Shown here one piece after another: positions 1-14,200 of a stretch of 64,000 nucleotides of DNA (position 1 is the stretch's first letter; every line of letters starts with the position of its first letter). Origin of the DNA: Octopus sinensis (Eukaryota); assembly GCF_006345805.1 (NCBI RefSeq), contig NC_043003.1, positions 100,998,001 through 101,062,000 of the forward strand, written 5' to 3'. The notes under the pieces were generated by a model that ran no database searches, was not told the DNA's origin, and was given only the letters and a program-made list of their open reading frames with translations. The position numbers were made by a program, and so were the translations under genes.

Positions 1-159
1 TGACTAAAGGCCGTGCTCCAGCATGGCTACAGTCACATGACCGAAACAAGTAAAACAATAAAAATTGATTGCCATTTTAATCCCGAACAATGCCAGGTAT
101 CTCTGCTAGTACATGTGTGTGTGTGTGTGTGTGTGCATAGATAGATAGTTTAATCCACT

Positions 160-630
160 TTGAACTTCCCAAACCAAACAATAAGAAAGGAGATCGGCTG
201 CAAGCAGCTTGAGCAGCTTAAGTCAGTGCTAGAAGAAAAATTACCATTTTTGGTTTCAAGACAAAAGATTTTCTTCCATCAGGATAATACTTGGCCACAT
301 GCAACAAGGATGACATTCCAAAGGCTGGAGCAGTTTGAATGGGAAACGATGCCCCACCCACAATATTCCGTTTATTCTGCAGTCTTCAAAATCATTTGGA
401 CAGAAAAAATATGAATTTTGTATACGAGGTGAGAACAGTACTAGAGGAGTATTTTTCGTCATGGACAAGTGAATTTTGGAAGAGGGGTTTTGCAAGTCTA
501 CAAGATAGATGGAAGGGCATTGTAGAAAATGAAGGAGAGTATATTTTAGATTAAAAAAGAACTTTCTTTATCTTTAATTTAAAAAATAAAAGTATAAAAA
601 AACCACATTATTTATGGGATGACTCAATAA
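160..630 (+). mobile_element. Mariner 3' fragment
   Basis: FHQDNTWPH, HPQYS, WKGIVENEGEY. TIR ending TTATGGGATGACTCAATA. Confidence 0.85.
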
Positions 631-1117
631 TATACATATGTGTGTGTGTGTGTGTGTAAAAAGCACTGAGACCACTCTGCAGAGTGGTTGGTATTAGGAA
701 GGGCATCCAACTGTAAAAACCCAGCCAAAAGAGACAGTAGAATAGGGTAGTTTTTCTACCTGCCCTACTCCTGTGAACCATCCTACCCACACATGCATGG
801 GAGACGGACGTTAAATAATGATGATGATATATATATATATATAAGAAAAAGAAGAAAATGAAGAAATTGACGTATAGACATCGATTTATTGAAACAAATC
901 CAATTTTGAACAATATCAAACTCATATAACCTACAATTGTCTCCATATCCAATCAATTAATTCAAATTTAAAAAATGAAATTAAAGATTCATATTGAATT
1001 GTAATTAATTGAACATCTTTTAGTATTTTACTGATACACTGGATAAAACCAAGGAACTTGGATGATGACATCCCTTTAAGAGATATTTTTATCCTTGAAA
1101 TAATCAATATGATATAT

Positions 1118-2630
1118 ATTGGGTCATCCCATAAATAATGCGATTTTTTTCACGTCTTTTATTTTTCAAAATTAAGATAAAGAAAGTTCTTTTTTAATCT
1201 AAAATATACTCTCCTTCATTTTCAACAATGCTCTTCCATCGATCTGGTAGACTTGCAAAACTCCTCTTCCAAAATTCACTTGTCTGTGATGAAAAATACT
1301 CCTCCTGTACTGTTCTCATTTCGTATACAGAATTCATATAAAGACCTTCTTCAGCCTGGGATGCCAATGTTTCTCCTTTTCCCACTCTCTTCGAAGCTTG
1401 ACATTTTTATAGAGAACCCATTTTTTGTCACCAGTCACTGTTCAGTTCAAAAAACTTTCATGCAACACTTTTGAAATGCCAACGAAATTTCAGTGCCAGT
1501 TAATCACTAAAGGAGTTCAGTCATCTATTGTATTCTGCTTGCTAAAATTATGCACGAAGGTTTGACTATCTTTGCTAATCTTAGCTATTTCATTTGCTAT
1601 TTCCTTTAATCATGATTCACTGTAACTGCGTTTCACATAATGACATACAAAAGCATTTATAATCCCCTTTGTCAGTACAAATCCATTTTATCCTCAAAAA
1701 TTGAGATTACAGATTTGACTGAATGATATGATGTGGTTGATTGGAGCAGCAGTGGAGATAAATGTGGGATGATGTGGGCTTGCAAAATAACTCTGTCACT
1801 ATTCTGCCTCCAGAAAACTTAACTTTTGTGTCCAAAAATTCAACACTAGTTTTTGAAAAACTAGATGTAAATACTCCTCCTGTACTGTTCTCATTTCGTA
1901 TACAGAATTCATATAAAGACCTTCTTCAGCCTGGGATGCCAATGTTTCTCCTTTTCCCACTCTCTTCGAAGCTTGACATTTTTATAGAGAACCCATTTTT
2001 TGTCACCAGTCACTGTTCAGTTCAAAAAAGGTTCATTCATGAGACGTGACAGCAAAGAAGAGTACACATTCACTCTTTGCATGCGATTAGACTCAGAAAG
2101 ATTGTGAGGAATGCATTGACCTAATTTGCTGACTTTTTCCATGGCACACAGGTTGAATGACCAAATCCAAGCTTCTCTGCTTGTTCCTCAACAGTTACGA
2201 TGGGATTTTGTTCCACCAGGATTTGCAGGATGTCCTCATTGACCTCTACAGATCTTTCAGGACAAGGTTCATCTTCAAGGCTGTAGTTTCCAGCTATGAA
2301 TTTCTGAAACCACAGTTGACACTGGCTTATGCTTATTGTCTTATCCCCATATACTGCATTAATATTCCTCACACTTTCCATTGCGTTGTTGCCTTTATTG
2401 AACTCATAAAGCAAAATATGCTGAATATGCTCCTTTGCCACTTCCATTATAGCTTTGAAAAAATAACTGTTAAAATTTAACTGCACTCTCCAAAACTTGC
2501 ACTAAGAATAAGGACAAGGTAAAATTACTACCAGCTTTTATAGTAAGTTGGTGCAGGTAGTTTATCCCATCCTCTGACTTTTAATTCAGGCAGTTGAAAA
2601 AACTGCAATATTTATGGGATGTCCCAGTAT
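1118..2630 (-). mobile_element. Mariner with both TIRs, internally deleted and rearranged
   Basis: TIRs TTGGGTCATCCCATAAATA and TATTTATGGGATGTCCCAG. HTH domain at 2121-2486. Same family as 160-630. Confidence 0.88.
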
Positions 2631-2631
2631 A

Positions 2632-3025
2632 CATCATCATCGTTTAATGTCCGTTTTCCACACTAGCATGGGTTGGATTGTTCGACCAGGGTCTGGGAAG
2701 CCAGGAGGCTGCACCAGGCTCCAGTCTGCTCTGGCAGTGTTTCTACAGCTGGATGCCCTTCCTAATGCCAACCACTCCGTGAGTGTAGTGGGTAATTTTT
2801 ACATGCCACCGGCACAGGGGCCATAGGAGGCTGGCAGCAGCCACAATCAGTTGGTGCTCTTTATGTGCCACTGGCATGGAAGTCAGTCAAGGCAGCACTG
2901 GCATTGACCACATTCAGATGGTGCTTTTTACGTGTCACCAGCACAGGTATCACAACTACTATTTTCATTTGATTTTTATTTTGATGTTGATGTACTTGAT
3001 TCAATAGGTCTCCTCAAGCACAGCT
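2632..3025 (-). mobile_element. RTE 3'-UTR-only copy
   Basis: Matches 48700-48970. Similar copies at about 655-825, 8830-9135 and 45530-45830. Confidence 0.8.
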
Positions 3026-3837
3026 TGAATAATGGTTAGCAATGTATCAATCTCATCAGAGAGGATATAAACAACAGTGCTCATCAAATAGACATTTTAA
3101 CAGATATTAGAAGCCCCAGAAAATATGATGTATATATATGCATATGCACACATATATGCAATATATGTATACATATATATATATTTACCTGGGATGAGGT
3201 GGTCAAGCATGACCTTCGAAAGTTGGGCCTCACAGTGGCAATGACTAGTGACCGAGACCTCTGGAGATATGCTCTGACTGCGAAGACCTGACAAATAAAG
3301 TGAGTTCACGGATGTATCCTACACCAGTTTCGCATAACCAGCCCCAGCCTATTCAAAGTACCTTGGATCGTAGAGTGACCTGTTGTGCTTGAGGAGACCT
3401 ATTGAGTCAAGTACATCAACATCAAAGTGTACTAAAATGTGTGCATGTGCTTATGTAAGTGTGTCTGTGTATGTAAGTATGTGTTTGGGTGTATCTATGC
3501 TTTGGGATGTGTATGCTCTTGTGCATGTATGTGTACATGTGTTTATGTGTGTAAGTACGTGGTCGTACATGTCTATTAACATATGCATGTGTATAAATGT
3601 GTGGATGTGCATATATGTAGATGTGTAGATATGTGTATATGTGTGTATATATATGTGTATATATATATTTATATATATATATATATATAAGTAAATATAT
3701 ATATATATGTATACATATGTTGCATGTATGTGTGTGTGCATGCTTATGCATATATATATATATATATATATATACATCACATTTCCTGGGGCTTCTGATA
3801 TCTGTTAAAATGTCTATTTGATGAGCACTGTTGTTTA

Positions 3838-3930
3838 TATCTTCCCTGATGAGATTGATGCATTGCTGATCATTATTCATCCTGTTGGATGTATTTTGAA
3901 TGCATCCATCGAAATATATGTCAATGATAT
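3838..3930 (+). ncRNA. Decayed hammerhead with long stem II
   Basis: CTGATGA (3846)-GATtGATGCATT...AATGCATCcATC-GAAA-TATATG-TC. Stem I is degenerate. Confidence 0.5.
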
Positions 3931-3975
3931 GAAGATATAAATGATTTAAAGCATTTGTCTCCTCTTTCAATTTTT

Positions 3976-4036
<61 letters not shown>

Positions 4037-4079
4037 AGGAAAATGCACACATTTTACATAATTTTAATATAATTGTTGA

Positions 4080-5600
4080 TATATTTTATATTGTGTTTGT
4101 TGACCAGTTTCATTTTCACTAATCATGACATTGAAATTATTGTAATTTCATATTTTCTTAAGAAGATTTTAGTCCATGTGTGTGGAGAAGTTTATGAACG
4201 AATGATTCAACAAATAGAAAAATCTAGAGGAGGTAATTGGTGATCATTATTATAGGGACAGTGGAGGTAATTGTTCATCTTTCAGGGAAGTGATAAATAT
4301 ACACAAAAACTCAAAAGTTACAGTAGTGAGATAAAATATGTATAGTGATGGGTATGTGATCATGAATTAAAATATATACCAGGATTGAAGTAGATCATGC
4401 ATTCATATTTAGATATGTACGGCATCTTTTGATGAACAAATTTTCTTTATTTAAATTTTCTTGTATAGAAATTGTTTCTTTGCACTGGTAGATGGGAAAA
4501 ACTGTGAAGTTTGGTTGGATATTATCTGCACATCTCTCTATGTGTTCACTCAAAGGAACTGGATTTGTTCCTTATGTGGTGGGGTGTGGTTCTCTGTCTG
4601 TCCTATATAGTTATGTCCACAACCTGAACAAGTTATAACATAAATTAGATTCTCAGAAGCACAAATGAAGTTGGTTTTAATTGTAAACCTCTCCCATTGT
4701 TTGAATAGGAATTCTGAGACTTCCAGTAGATTGGGGCATGTTCCACAGTTTGGGCATCCACATTTTTTAACTGTTGGTTTTGTGGTTGTTGTGTAAAGCT
4801 TTGCATTTATTAGAAGTCTTTTTAGCGATTTGTGTTGCTTTTTGCATTTGATGAATTTGTTTTCAGAATGCCTTTTTTTTATTTTTGGATCTCTCGTGAG
4901 CATCTCTCGTGACTTTATAGAATAGTGTTGTATGCCTCATTGTTTCTAGGGTTGTGAGTTGATATATACAGTAGTGTTTTGAGATGAGGTGTAGTGTTAC
5001 ATTTTGTTACCTTTAGTGTTCTAATGTCTAATTTCTAGCACACTTAATCCTATCATCTATCAGTGAGGGTGGATATTGTCTTTCAGATACTGTTGTTCTG
5101 AGGTCTTGAAGACAAAGGTCTCAAGTAGTTCTATCAGACACTATTATTCATGGAAGAACTGAGCCGTGATGTCCTTCTCCCAACTCCACTTCCCAACTGG
5201 CAGAGATGTGCAGGCAGGCAGCTGAAGACCTGGGTTACGATGATCAAGGAGGACCTCTCCATGCTCATGGGACCGCAGGTGGTCGGCCTGCGCCGATGGA
5301 ACCATGACTGGCTCACTATCTCCAGTGAACTGGTGCAGGACCGTCGTGCGTGGGCTGCCATGGTTCAAGATGCTTCGAAGGTGGTGGAAGAAACCGACTC
5401 AACCCACCTAGGGTGAATGTCGCCACAAGTAAGATACTATTATGCAAATCCTTTTTTCTAAATTGAAGGGGATATTTCTTTTGATGGGTTTCGAGTGGCA
5501 TGGACTAAAATCTTCTAAAGAAAATATGAAATTACAATAATTTCAATGTTATGATTAGTAAAAGCAAAACCAGTCAACAAGCACAATATAAAATATACTT
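4080..5600 (-). mobile_element. Penelope 3' fragment with inverted pLTR pieces
   Basis: GIY-YIG NLIYVITCSGCGHNYIGQT (4550-4903). Inverted repeats at about 4080-4176 and 5501-5598 carry a decayed hammerhead. An RTE piece is inserted. Confidence 0.8.
5140..5432 (+). mobile_element. LINE 3' fragment (RTE-like)
   Basis: GRQLKTWVTMIKEDL...QDRRAWAAMV. Confidence 0.65.
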
Positions 5601-6059
5601 TAAAATATATTAAAACTATGTAAAGTGTATGCATTTTCCTTCTTTTATTTTATATATATATTCTTTGCATTACAACCCACCACATGGGGAAAATCTAGAT
5701 TAGTAAAGCTGCAAAAATATCACAAAAAACATTACTCAGTGTTTCACGTTCACATTCGTCTGTCCAATGAACGGGAACATGAAACTCTGAGTAACAGTTT
5801 TTGTCATGTTTTTGCAGCTTTATTAATAAAGCATATTACTCTACCACCAGTATTTGAATACTATTTTTCCAGCTTGTTTCACATTTGTATGCTTACTCTG
5901 GTATATATATATATATATATATATAAACACACACACACACACACTCATATATATATATATCTGTGTGTGTATACGTAATACAAATTATATACAGGGCAAA
6001 CAGACAGCATCACAAAAGTAAGCACAAATATCACCCAACCTAAAAACAGCACTGAAAGC

Positions 6060-6455
6060 AGCAACAGCTGCAATGACAACAGATAATTATGGACCAAAGT
6101 GAAGAAGTTTTGAATGACAAGACTTCATATGAAGAATTACCTGTCAATCCAAACCCCAATTACAGAGAGGAACTTGATAAAATAATTCTGGAAATGGAGG
6201 AAAACAATTTCAATAATAAGGCCGAATCCAGGATTTTACGGTCAGAAAGAAGAACACCTGTATTTTATGGTCTCCCTAAAATACACAAAAAGTTCAAAAG
6301 ATTTCCTCCAATGTGCCCAATGGATGCCTTCAAAAAGCAGTCAAACAAAAGTATTCCATCAAATTTTCTCTGTAGATTATTGAGATTTGTGTTACAAAGT
6401 AACACAATGACATTTAGACAAAGATTTTACCACCAAACGAGGGGTTGTGCCATGA
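6060..6455 (+). mobile_element. Penelope RT N-terminal fragment
   Basis: FYGLPKIHKK...FYHQTRGCAM. Confidence 0.8.
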
Positions 6456-6489
6456 TAGAATTACAAAATGACAATGACGGCACAATGTG

Positions 6490-6725
6490 ATACTGCCGGA
6501 ATAGCAAAGAAGGTTTGTGGTACCATCAGAGTATATTGAATTCCTACCCCAATATGTGGCAACATCTGAAATTTATTTTGCTTGCCTTCCCTACCTCATA
6601 CCTGGTTGAATCTTTATTTTTCCATAAAAGAATTGGACTGGATGTGATACAACGAAGAGACTTGCGACTAAAGTTGACAAGTTTGAAACCGAATGTATTT
6701 GCACTAGCTACATGGTTCTCATTAA
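6490..6725 (+). mobile_element. hAT (Charlie-like) transposase C-terminal fragment
   Basis: LLAFPTSYLVESLF...DLRLKLTSLKPNV, the hAT dimerisation domain. Confidence 0.7.
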
Positions 6726-6899
6726 AAAGTTGTATTCTTTTCCTTTATAATACAATCATTAATTATTTTTGCATCCGTAGTTCTGATCAATGGTTCATTT
6801 GGGGAAAATGAAAATCAGTGTAAAAGAAAGCATAAGTTTCCAGAAGTTAATCTGTCTGAATAATATGGAGTTAAAATTAAACCTATAATAAGGGATTTG

Positions 6900-7672
6900 T
6901 AAACAACTGCGTATTTAGTACAAACGGAGTCAGAAATAGAGGTCAATAATTCTCTTATATTCTTATTCCGTCTAAAAGCTACAATAGGTGGCTGAGGAAA
7001 TATCTGTTTGAAATGAGGATGTTTTTTGCCACATGCTGGTAACTTTCATGCAACACTTTTGAAATGCCAACGAAATTTCAGTGCCAGTTAATCACTAAAG
7101 GAGTTCAGTCATCTATTGTATTCTGCTTGCTAAAATTATGCACGAAGGTTTGACTATCTTTGCTAATCTTAGCTATTTCATTTGCTATTTCCTTTAATCA
7201 TGATTCACTGTAACTGCGTTTCACATAATGACATACAAAAGCATTTATAATCCCCTTTGTCAGTACAAATCCATTTTATCCTCAAAAATTGAGATTACAG
7301 ATTTGACTGAATGATATGATGTGGTTGATTGGAGCAGCAGTGGAGATAAATGTGGGATGATGTGGGCTTGCAAAATAACTCTGTCACTATTCTGCCTCCA
7401 GAAAACTTAACTTTTGTGTCCAAAAATTCAACACTAGTTTTTGAAAAACTAGATGTAAATTTTATGTTGGACTTAAAGCCATAGTTTTTAGCATAACAGT
7501 CACAGAAATGCAAGAAGTCAATTAAACTATCCTGCAGTCCTTCCCTGATAAAAAAGACGTCATCAATGAACCGTAACCAGAGTATTGGTTCATGACCATG
7601 TAGGGGTTTGAATATCTTCAGTAACTGTATCTCAAATTTCGTCATTAAGACATTAGTGAAACTAACTGCCAT
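6900..7672 (-). mobile_element. Penelope RT C-terminal fragment
   Basis: WLRFIDDVFFI, VEFLDTKV and KPTSSHIYLH. Confidence 0.85.
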
Positions 7673-9900
7673 TCATCTGTAACACACCACTCTTCCTGTC
7701 TTAGATTGGATAACTATTCATCTTTTATCTTTGTTTCAGTCATTTGACTGCAGCCTTGCTGGGGCACCACCTTGAAGAGGTTTAGTTGAACAAATCAAGC
7801 CTAAGATTTATTTTTTGAAGCCTAGTGCTTATTTTGTTGGTTCATTTTGCTGAACTGCTAAGTTGTCAAGTAGGGGTGAGGGGCAAACACAGACACAGAG
7901 ACACACATACATAGATATATACATATATATATGAAAGGCTTCTTTAAGTTTCTATCTACCAAATCCACTTACAAGGTATTGATCAGCTGAGGCTATGGTA
8001 GAAGACAATTGTCCAAGGTGTCACACAGTGGGACTGAACCTGGAACTATATGGTTGGGAAGCAAACTTCTTAGCACACAGCCATGCCTGCACCTATTGTT
8101 TATTTAGTTTATTTAACTTATTTAATTAATTTAATTATTTTACTAATGAATTTTTAAAATTTATAATTTATAATTATGAATATAAATATATTGTTATACT
8201 CTTGATTTGTAGTGTTATGACTTCATGTTTGATCTAAAAAATATATGTAAATATCTTTATTCTCAGTTTATCACCAGTCACTGCAACCCTACTCCCTACT
8301 TTCACCTTCTTGGCAATACCTGGCTGTGTATATTATGACCTCCATATCTGGCAATTGCCATCATTTATCACTCTCTTCCTTACTCTACCATTTCATCTAT
8401 TGTCTGATCCTTGTTACTTGTGAGTATACCCTGGCACTTCACCACTATTTCCTGCTCTCTCTTGCAGTTTTGCTCTTTCCCACTTTCTCTTTCTTTCCCT
8501 TGCTTTCCCATCTGGCTAGGTAACCAAGTATCTCCTTTACATCAGCACACCTGTTTCTATTCTCTTTCTTGTACCTCTCTCTGTCTTCACTCTCTCTCTC
8601 TCTCTCGCTCTTCCCTCTCTCTTCCTCTCCTATTCTTTCTCATTCACTATCCTCTCTTTCTCTTTCTCTCTGGCCGGGTAACTGCGTACCTTCTCAGTAG
8701 CAAGACACCTCCTTCTGCCTGTCTTTCTCTCTCTGTCACACTTTAACCTTTCATCATCTGACACAAGACCCCCTCCTTCAATGCTCCTGCCCCTCTCAAA
8801 ATTCTTTGTCTTGCAAGTTACTTGGTGACCCTGCCAATGCTGGTGCCACGCAAAAAGCATCCAGTCTATACTGTAAAGAGGTTGGCATTTGGAAGGGCAT
8901 CCAGCTGTAAAAATCATGCCAAAACTAACCTCACCTGTGCTGGTGCCATGTAAAAGGCACTGAGTCCACTCTGTGGAGTGGTTGGTGTTACGAAAGGCAT
9001 CCAACCATAAAAAACTCTGCCAAAACAGACATAGTAGCCTGGGGTAGTCTTCTACCTGGCCAGCTCCTGTCATCCATCCTACACAATTATGTATGGAAAA
9101 CAAACATTAAATGATAGTGATGATGATGATGATGATATATGCATGTGTGTATAGAGGAATTCTATTTCTGCATAAAAATTTCAGTTACTTTAGTTCAGCA
9201 CTTTAAAGTAAATGATCTATGGAATTTAATATAGATTTTAATTCCCATAATTAAACTAGAATTGTATAATGTTTTTATGTATTGGATGCTAACTAAAACT
9301 AGGAACTAGTCATTCAATTTCTAGATATAAATTGCATTTGCTCTCATTCATTGCTTGAAAATAACTGGCCTGCAATATATCTATATATCAGATGCAAGTT
9401 ATATCTGGTAACTACCTATCTATGCCTGAATTATACTTGTCTCAATCTGTGTGAACCAATCAAACGTTATCTAGATCCATAATACCTTATATTTTGTAAT
9501 TTATTTCACTAGTCATTTACTGCTATTACTACTAATATTATTACTATAGTTGCTCTAAGTACTATAACTACAAGTATTTCAAGTTTTTTCTCTCTCGGAC
9601 AATTCTTTCTAAATTTTTATCATTCCCTATATATTAATTTGATATTTTTCTCTCTTTTATTACTATGGTTTATTTTAATTTTTTTTTCCTAAAGCAGTTA
9701 AACAGATAGTATTCTGATATGTTAACTTTAACAATGTAGTTTTAAGCAATTGCCTTGTTGAACTGTGTATGAAATATGATATGCCACACACTACAGAATA
9801 TATGCGAATATATTGGCTCTTTGGCTAATGGCTTTAGCTGTAAAAATCAAAGAATTGGTAAAATTGACACCAATTTTCATTGATAATAGTATCCCAATGC

Positions 9901-11022
9901 CATGAAAGTCAGCTGAAAAGGTCACAGGCTGACCGAGATACTTTCATGGAATGTGACAAGTGAGGTTTATTTTTCAATATAGTCTCCCTTGTGGTCCACA
10001 CACTTCTTCCATCAGTGTTGCAATGCTTGGATTCCATTGGTAAAGAAGTTTTCATCCTGTTGGTCATAAAACTCTTCAACGATAGATATGATGCCATCAG
10101 CACTACAATACTGGTTCCCAACCAAGTTTTTTTCGTTGGGGAGTAGATGATAGTTAGATGGGGCCAAATCTAGAGAATAGGGAAAGGGATAAACCAGTTC
10201 CAAGCTACAGTCACACACAGTAACCATTGAAATTAAGGACTTGTGTGCTGGAGCACTGTCCTGGTGAAACGAGACCTCTTTTGATCTCAATAGACTTTCG
10301 TAACTGTCGTAGCAAGTTGGCATAGTACTCCCTACTGATAGGGTGACCCTTTTGAAGTTCGTCAATAAACACAATGCATTTTGCATCCCAAAAAACTGAG
10401 GCCTTCACCTTTCCTGTTGATGAAACGACCTTGGCCTTCATTGGAGTCGGTGAGGAGGCATGTTTCCACTGTAAGGATTGTCTTTTTGTCTCTGGCTCAA
10501 AGTGATGAACCCAACGCTCATCTTGGCTTAGGGAATGATCAAGGAAACCAGCTGGACCTGCCTCAGACAATGTCCGATTTTCCTGTGATGTGATCAGTCT
10601 GGTGCACTTTTGATCGGGTATGACATCCACTGAGCAAGTTCATTGTGCGAAATATTCTCAACTCTCTCTGATAGCATTGGCTATTTGATTTATATTCAAT
10701 TACCTCCTAAATTCAGCTGCTCACTTTTGCCCTGTTGATAAATCTGGAGTGTCATCCCCTCATGTAGCAATCATGTCAGCATGAATGTCCTTGAGGACTA
10801 AAGCCTTTTTCTGCAGCTACTTGATAACGCGGCAATGCCAAATTTTGTCGATTTTCAAGAGAAGTTGCTACTAGTTACTTTTGAACAGTGAGATGTTAGT
10901 TTACCTGGAAAGAAACAATGCAGTTATTAATAAGGAGAGTTGAAATTAATGCATGCAGTATTTCACAGCTCTGGTATCACTCCTTCTTAGTCAGCTTATA
11001 AATTTATCAGCCCACCCTCAGA
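9901..11022 (-). mobile_element. Decayed mariner with degenerate TIRs
   Basis: DERWVHHFEPETKRQS, VFWDA, FHQDSAPAH, PYSLDLAPSNY. Confidence 0.88.
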
Positions 11023-11233
11023 ATATTTCATTTTATGTGGGGATAAAATTAATAACTTGGAGTTTTTTCTTTTTCTTTTCTGCATAATTTATGATGGTAA
11101 GTTCCATTTCCACATGCAACAATAACTCAACTAGTGGATACACCCATTGTACAATGAAATTTTCAATTAAACTGCCTACAATTTTGTCTGGTTGATTGTG
11201 TACCGGCTGAACTTCCATATTTGAATTAGAGAT

Positions 11234-14200
11234 TGTTATATCCTTACACCTCCAATATCATAGTACGGTTGATATTGTCAACGTTAGATAAAGAATACAC
11301 TGTAACAGTGTTATAACAATACAAAAGGGAAACAGTGGCAGTAACAAACAGGTAAATGAATCAACAATCTTTTACGAACCAACAATCAATATTTCCAATA
11401 CACTAACTTGAACTGTACTTGGACTTCGAAGACCAAACTACGAACTGCCAACTATGTCAGACTGCTACTATTTATATGTAGTGGTCTTGTCTATTCTCAT
11501 CAGAGGGCATCATACTCTTGCCACAACTCCCCTTTTGAGATTTCAAGTTCTGAAGGAATAAAGAAATTCTATTTATATTATTATTTTTTTGTATCTTTTT
11601 CACTTGGGCCTTATCTCAAAGTGTTCAGTCTGGTTCCGTTTTTTTCATGTTGGTTGTATGGTACTCCATTACTTTCGGGGCTGGGACATAAGATACATCA
11701 AAATACATCAAAAAATACTTGCATAGGAATTTCTCTTCATTCTTCTCTATGTCTCTTCTATAGCTGATTTATGTGTCTCTTATGTTCCCAACATTGTCCT
11801 TTAATTAAATACATCATACTTCCTATTTTTATGGTTACAAGGCTATCCTCCCAGCTTTCTTTACCATTTCTGCAGGTTTTAAAATGCACTTTATCACCTA
11901 CTTCAAAATATTTCGCTGCTTTTTTTGTATTTCTTTACATCTTTTTTTCTCTGGCAATAACTTATCAATTTTATTCTTCTTGTAAACATCAACTTTGTGG
12001 GTGGCACCCTTAAGAATTTTATTAGTGCTTCATCATTACTTAATTCATTCCTCGGGTGGTAGGGTGGAGTGAAAATATGCTTTATTGCATGAATTTTACA
12101 GAAGTTCTTGAATTAATACCCTGAGAATTGCATTCCAATATCAGAAACAATTCATATAAGAGCTTTATAGTTGTCTTAGCGGTTAGTTTATTGCACCTGC
12201 CTACCTCTGGCCACTTTGTACAGCTGTCTACCCCAATTAGATAGTAAGTGCCATTCACTGGTCCAGCATAGTTGATATGTAACCATGGGTTCTCAGTCTC
12301 TAGCCATGATTGATATTTTACCAGCGAGGCTTTGGCTGCGAGCACACAACCTCGACAAGTTCTCACCAAATTTTCAATATCCCAGTCCAGAGTCAGCCAA
12401 CAGACATAGCTCCTCATCAGAGCTTTCATCCTCAACATTCCCAGGTATACACTGTGGAATTGTTGCAATACACATTTTTGTAATGTAGTCGGTACTACAA
12501 CTCAGAATATCATTGCATATTGAGAAACTAATTGAATTTGTATTTTTATTCTGGTTATTTTCTAAAGCTTCTTTCATTTTTGCAATATACTCATTGCCTA
12601 CAGATTTCATCCTTATATCCTATGCAATCACTGGCTGTTCTTGGATAACATTAGTCATAATACATTTTATTTCATTTTCTGCCTGCAGTGCAGCTATCTT
12701 CTAGAGGTTCCATATTTTGGGGAATTAGTCTCAATAGACAGTCCACATGACCAATTTTTTCGATGGAATATACTGCATTTTGAAATTGTAATTTAGTAAT
12801 ATTATACCCCAATGTTGTAAGAGTAAAGATTGTTTGCCAACATAACATGGCAGTCCTGGTTTAGGATGAATGTTGCTGTAATTTACTTTAATCTGTAAAT
12901 AAGTTTCAGACAGATCGAATTTGGAGAAAATTTTTCCACCATTTAATTTTGTGAAAATGTCCTCTGGAGTTGGGAGTGGATGGTGGCATGTTTTTAAGCA
13001 GTTGTTTCATCCTGTAGAGAAATCAGCACACAGCCTAATCTTATTAATTTTCTTTTTAATGCACACCATGGGTGCCGCCCACTTCGAGTAATCCACCTTT
13101 TTGATGATTCCACTCATTTCCAGTCTGACCAACTTTTCATTTACGATTTCAGTTGTTGCGAACAGTACTTTTCTGTTAGATTTAAATACAGGCACAGCAT
13201 TTTCACTTACTTTAAAGCAGGTTTCAGTCTTTTTACATGGACCTAAGTCCTCCGATAGTACTTGAGGAAACATCTTTTTCAATTTTCTCTTCAATGCCTC
13301 AGATGATTTATTTTTAACAGGACAACCATTTATGTTTTTGCAGTAGAGACTTATGGGGAGGTGCCTTAAGTCAAATAACTCCAACCAGTCTGTGCCAAAC
13401 AGATTGATTGTATTCTCCACAATGGATATTTTTTCTCTGCATGTTTCTCCTTGAAATCTGACGTCTGTACACATTTTGCCCACGAAATGTAATTTATATG
13501 AATTTTCTTGTTTTTGTGTCGTATTCACTTTCTGCTGAAAACACCTTCATACTTTTTGTGTTCAACACTCGTAATCTTGTCATGCAGTGTGGACTCTTGT
13601 GACCAAGTTTCTGACAACTGTAGCATTTTCAGTTTTTTGGTTGTACTTTCCAGGTCAACAAATCTGTATTTATGTGGAATCTTTCTCTTGAATTTTTTTC
13701 ACATTGTACAGACATTCTTCTGCAATGATCTGTAGGGTTAAGTCTTGGTTCACTTGCTCCATATTTGGGAGAATTCTTGCCCGAATTTCTCTATCTTCAG
13801 TTGCAGTAAAGCCTTGTACGAAGATAAGGGATTTAAACATGTCCTGAATGAGTTTCTGAAGTTTGAAGTTTTCACACATACAGTTGGCTACTCCAGTGTA
13901 TGTAATATTGTCATTTTTTGTTCAGTTCTAACACTCCATTTGAGTGTTAAATAACAAACTTTGATAGTAATTCAATAGTTTCTTGGAAACACATCTCACT
14001 CAATTTTGGGGCAATATAGGGTTACAGTAGCATTAATACTTGGCCAGAGCTACCTTGCATAGTAATAGCCTCACTTTCTCCTCATCTGACCATGACTTGC
14101 AATCTTTGTTAAAAATTTCTTCGTACTATAGTACACAGGAAATGTAACACCTTCCTCCAGATTATAAATGAATTCAGAAATTGAGTTTGCTATGCTATCT

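Noticed and set aside
9750-9838. Possible next PDE exon (TTTTTACAG acceptor, LKPLAKEPIYSHIF...)
   Set aside because: No convincing donor and no similarity to the expected GAF-A continuation.
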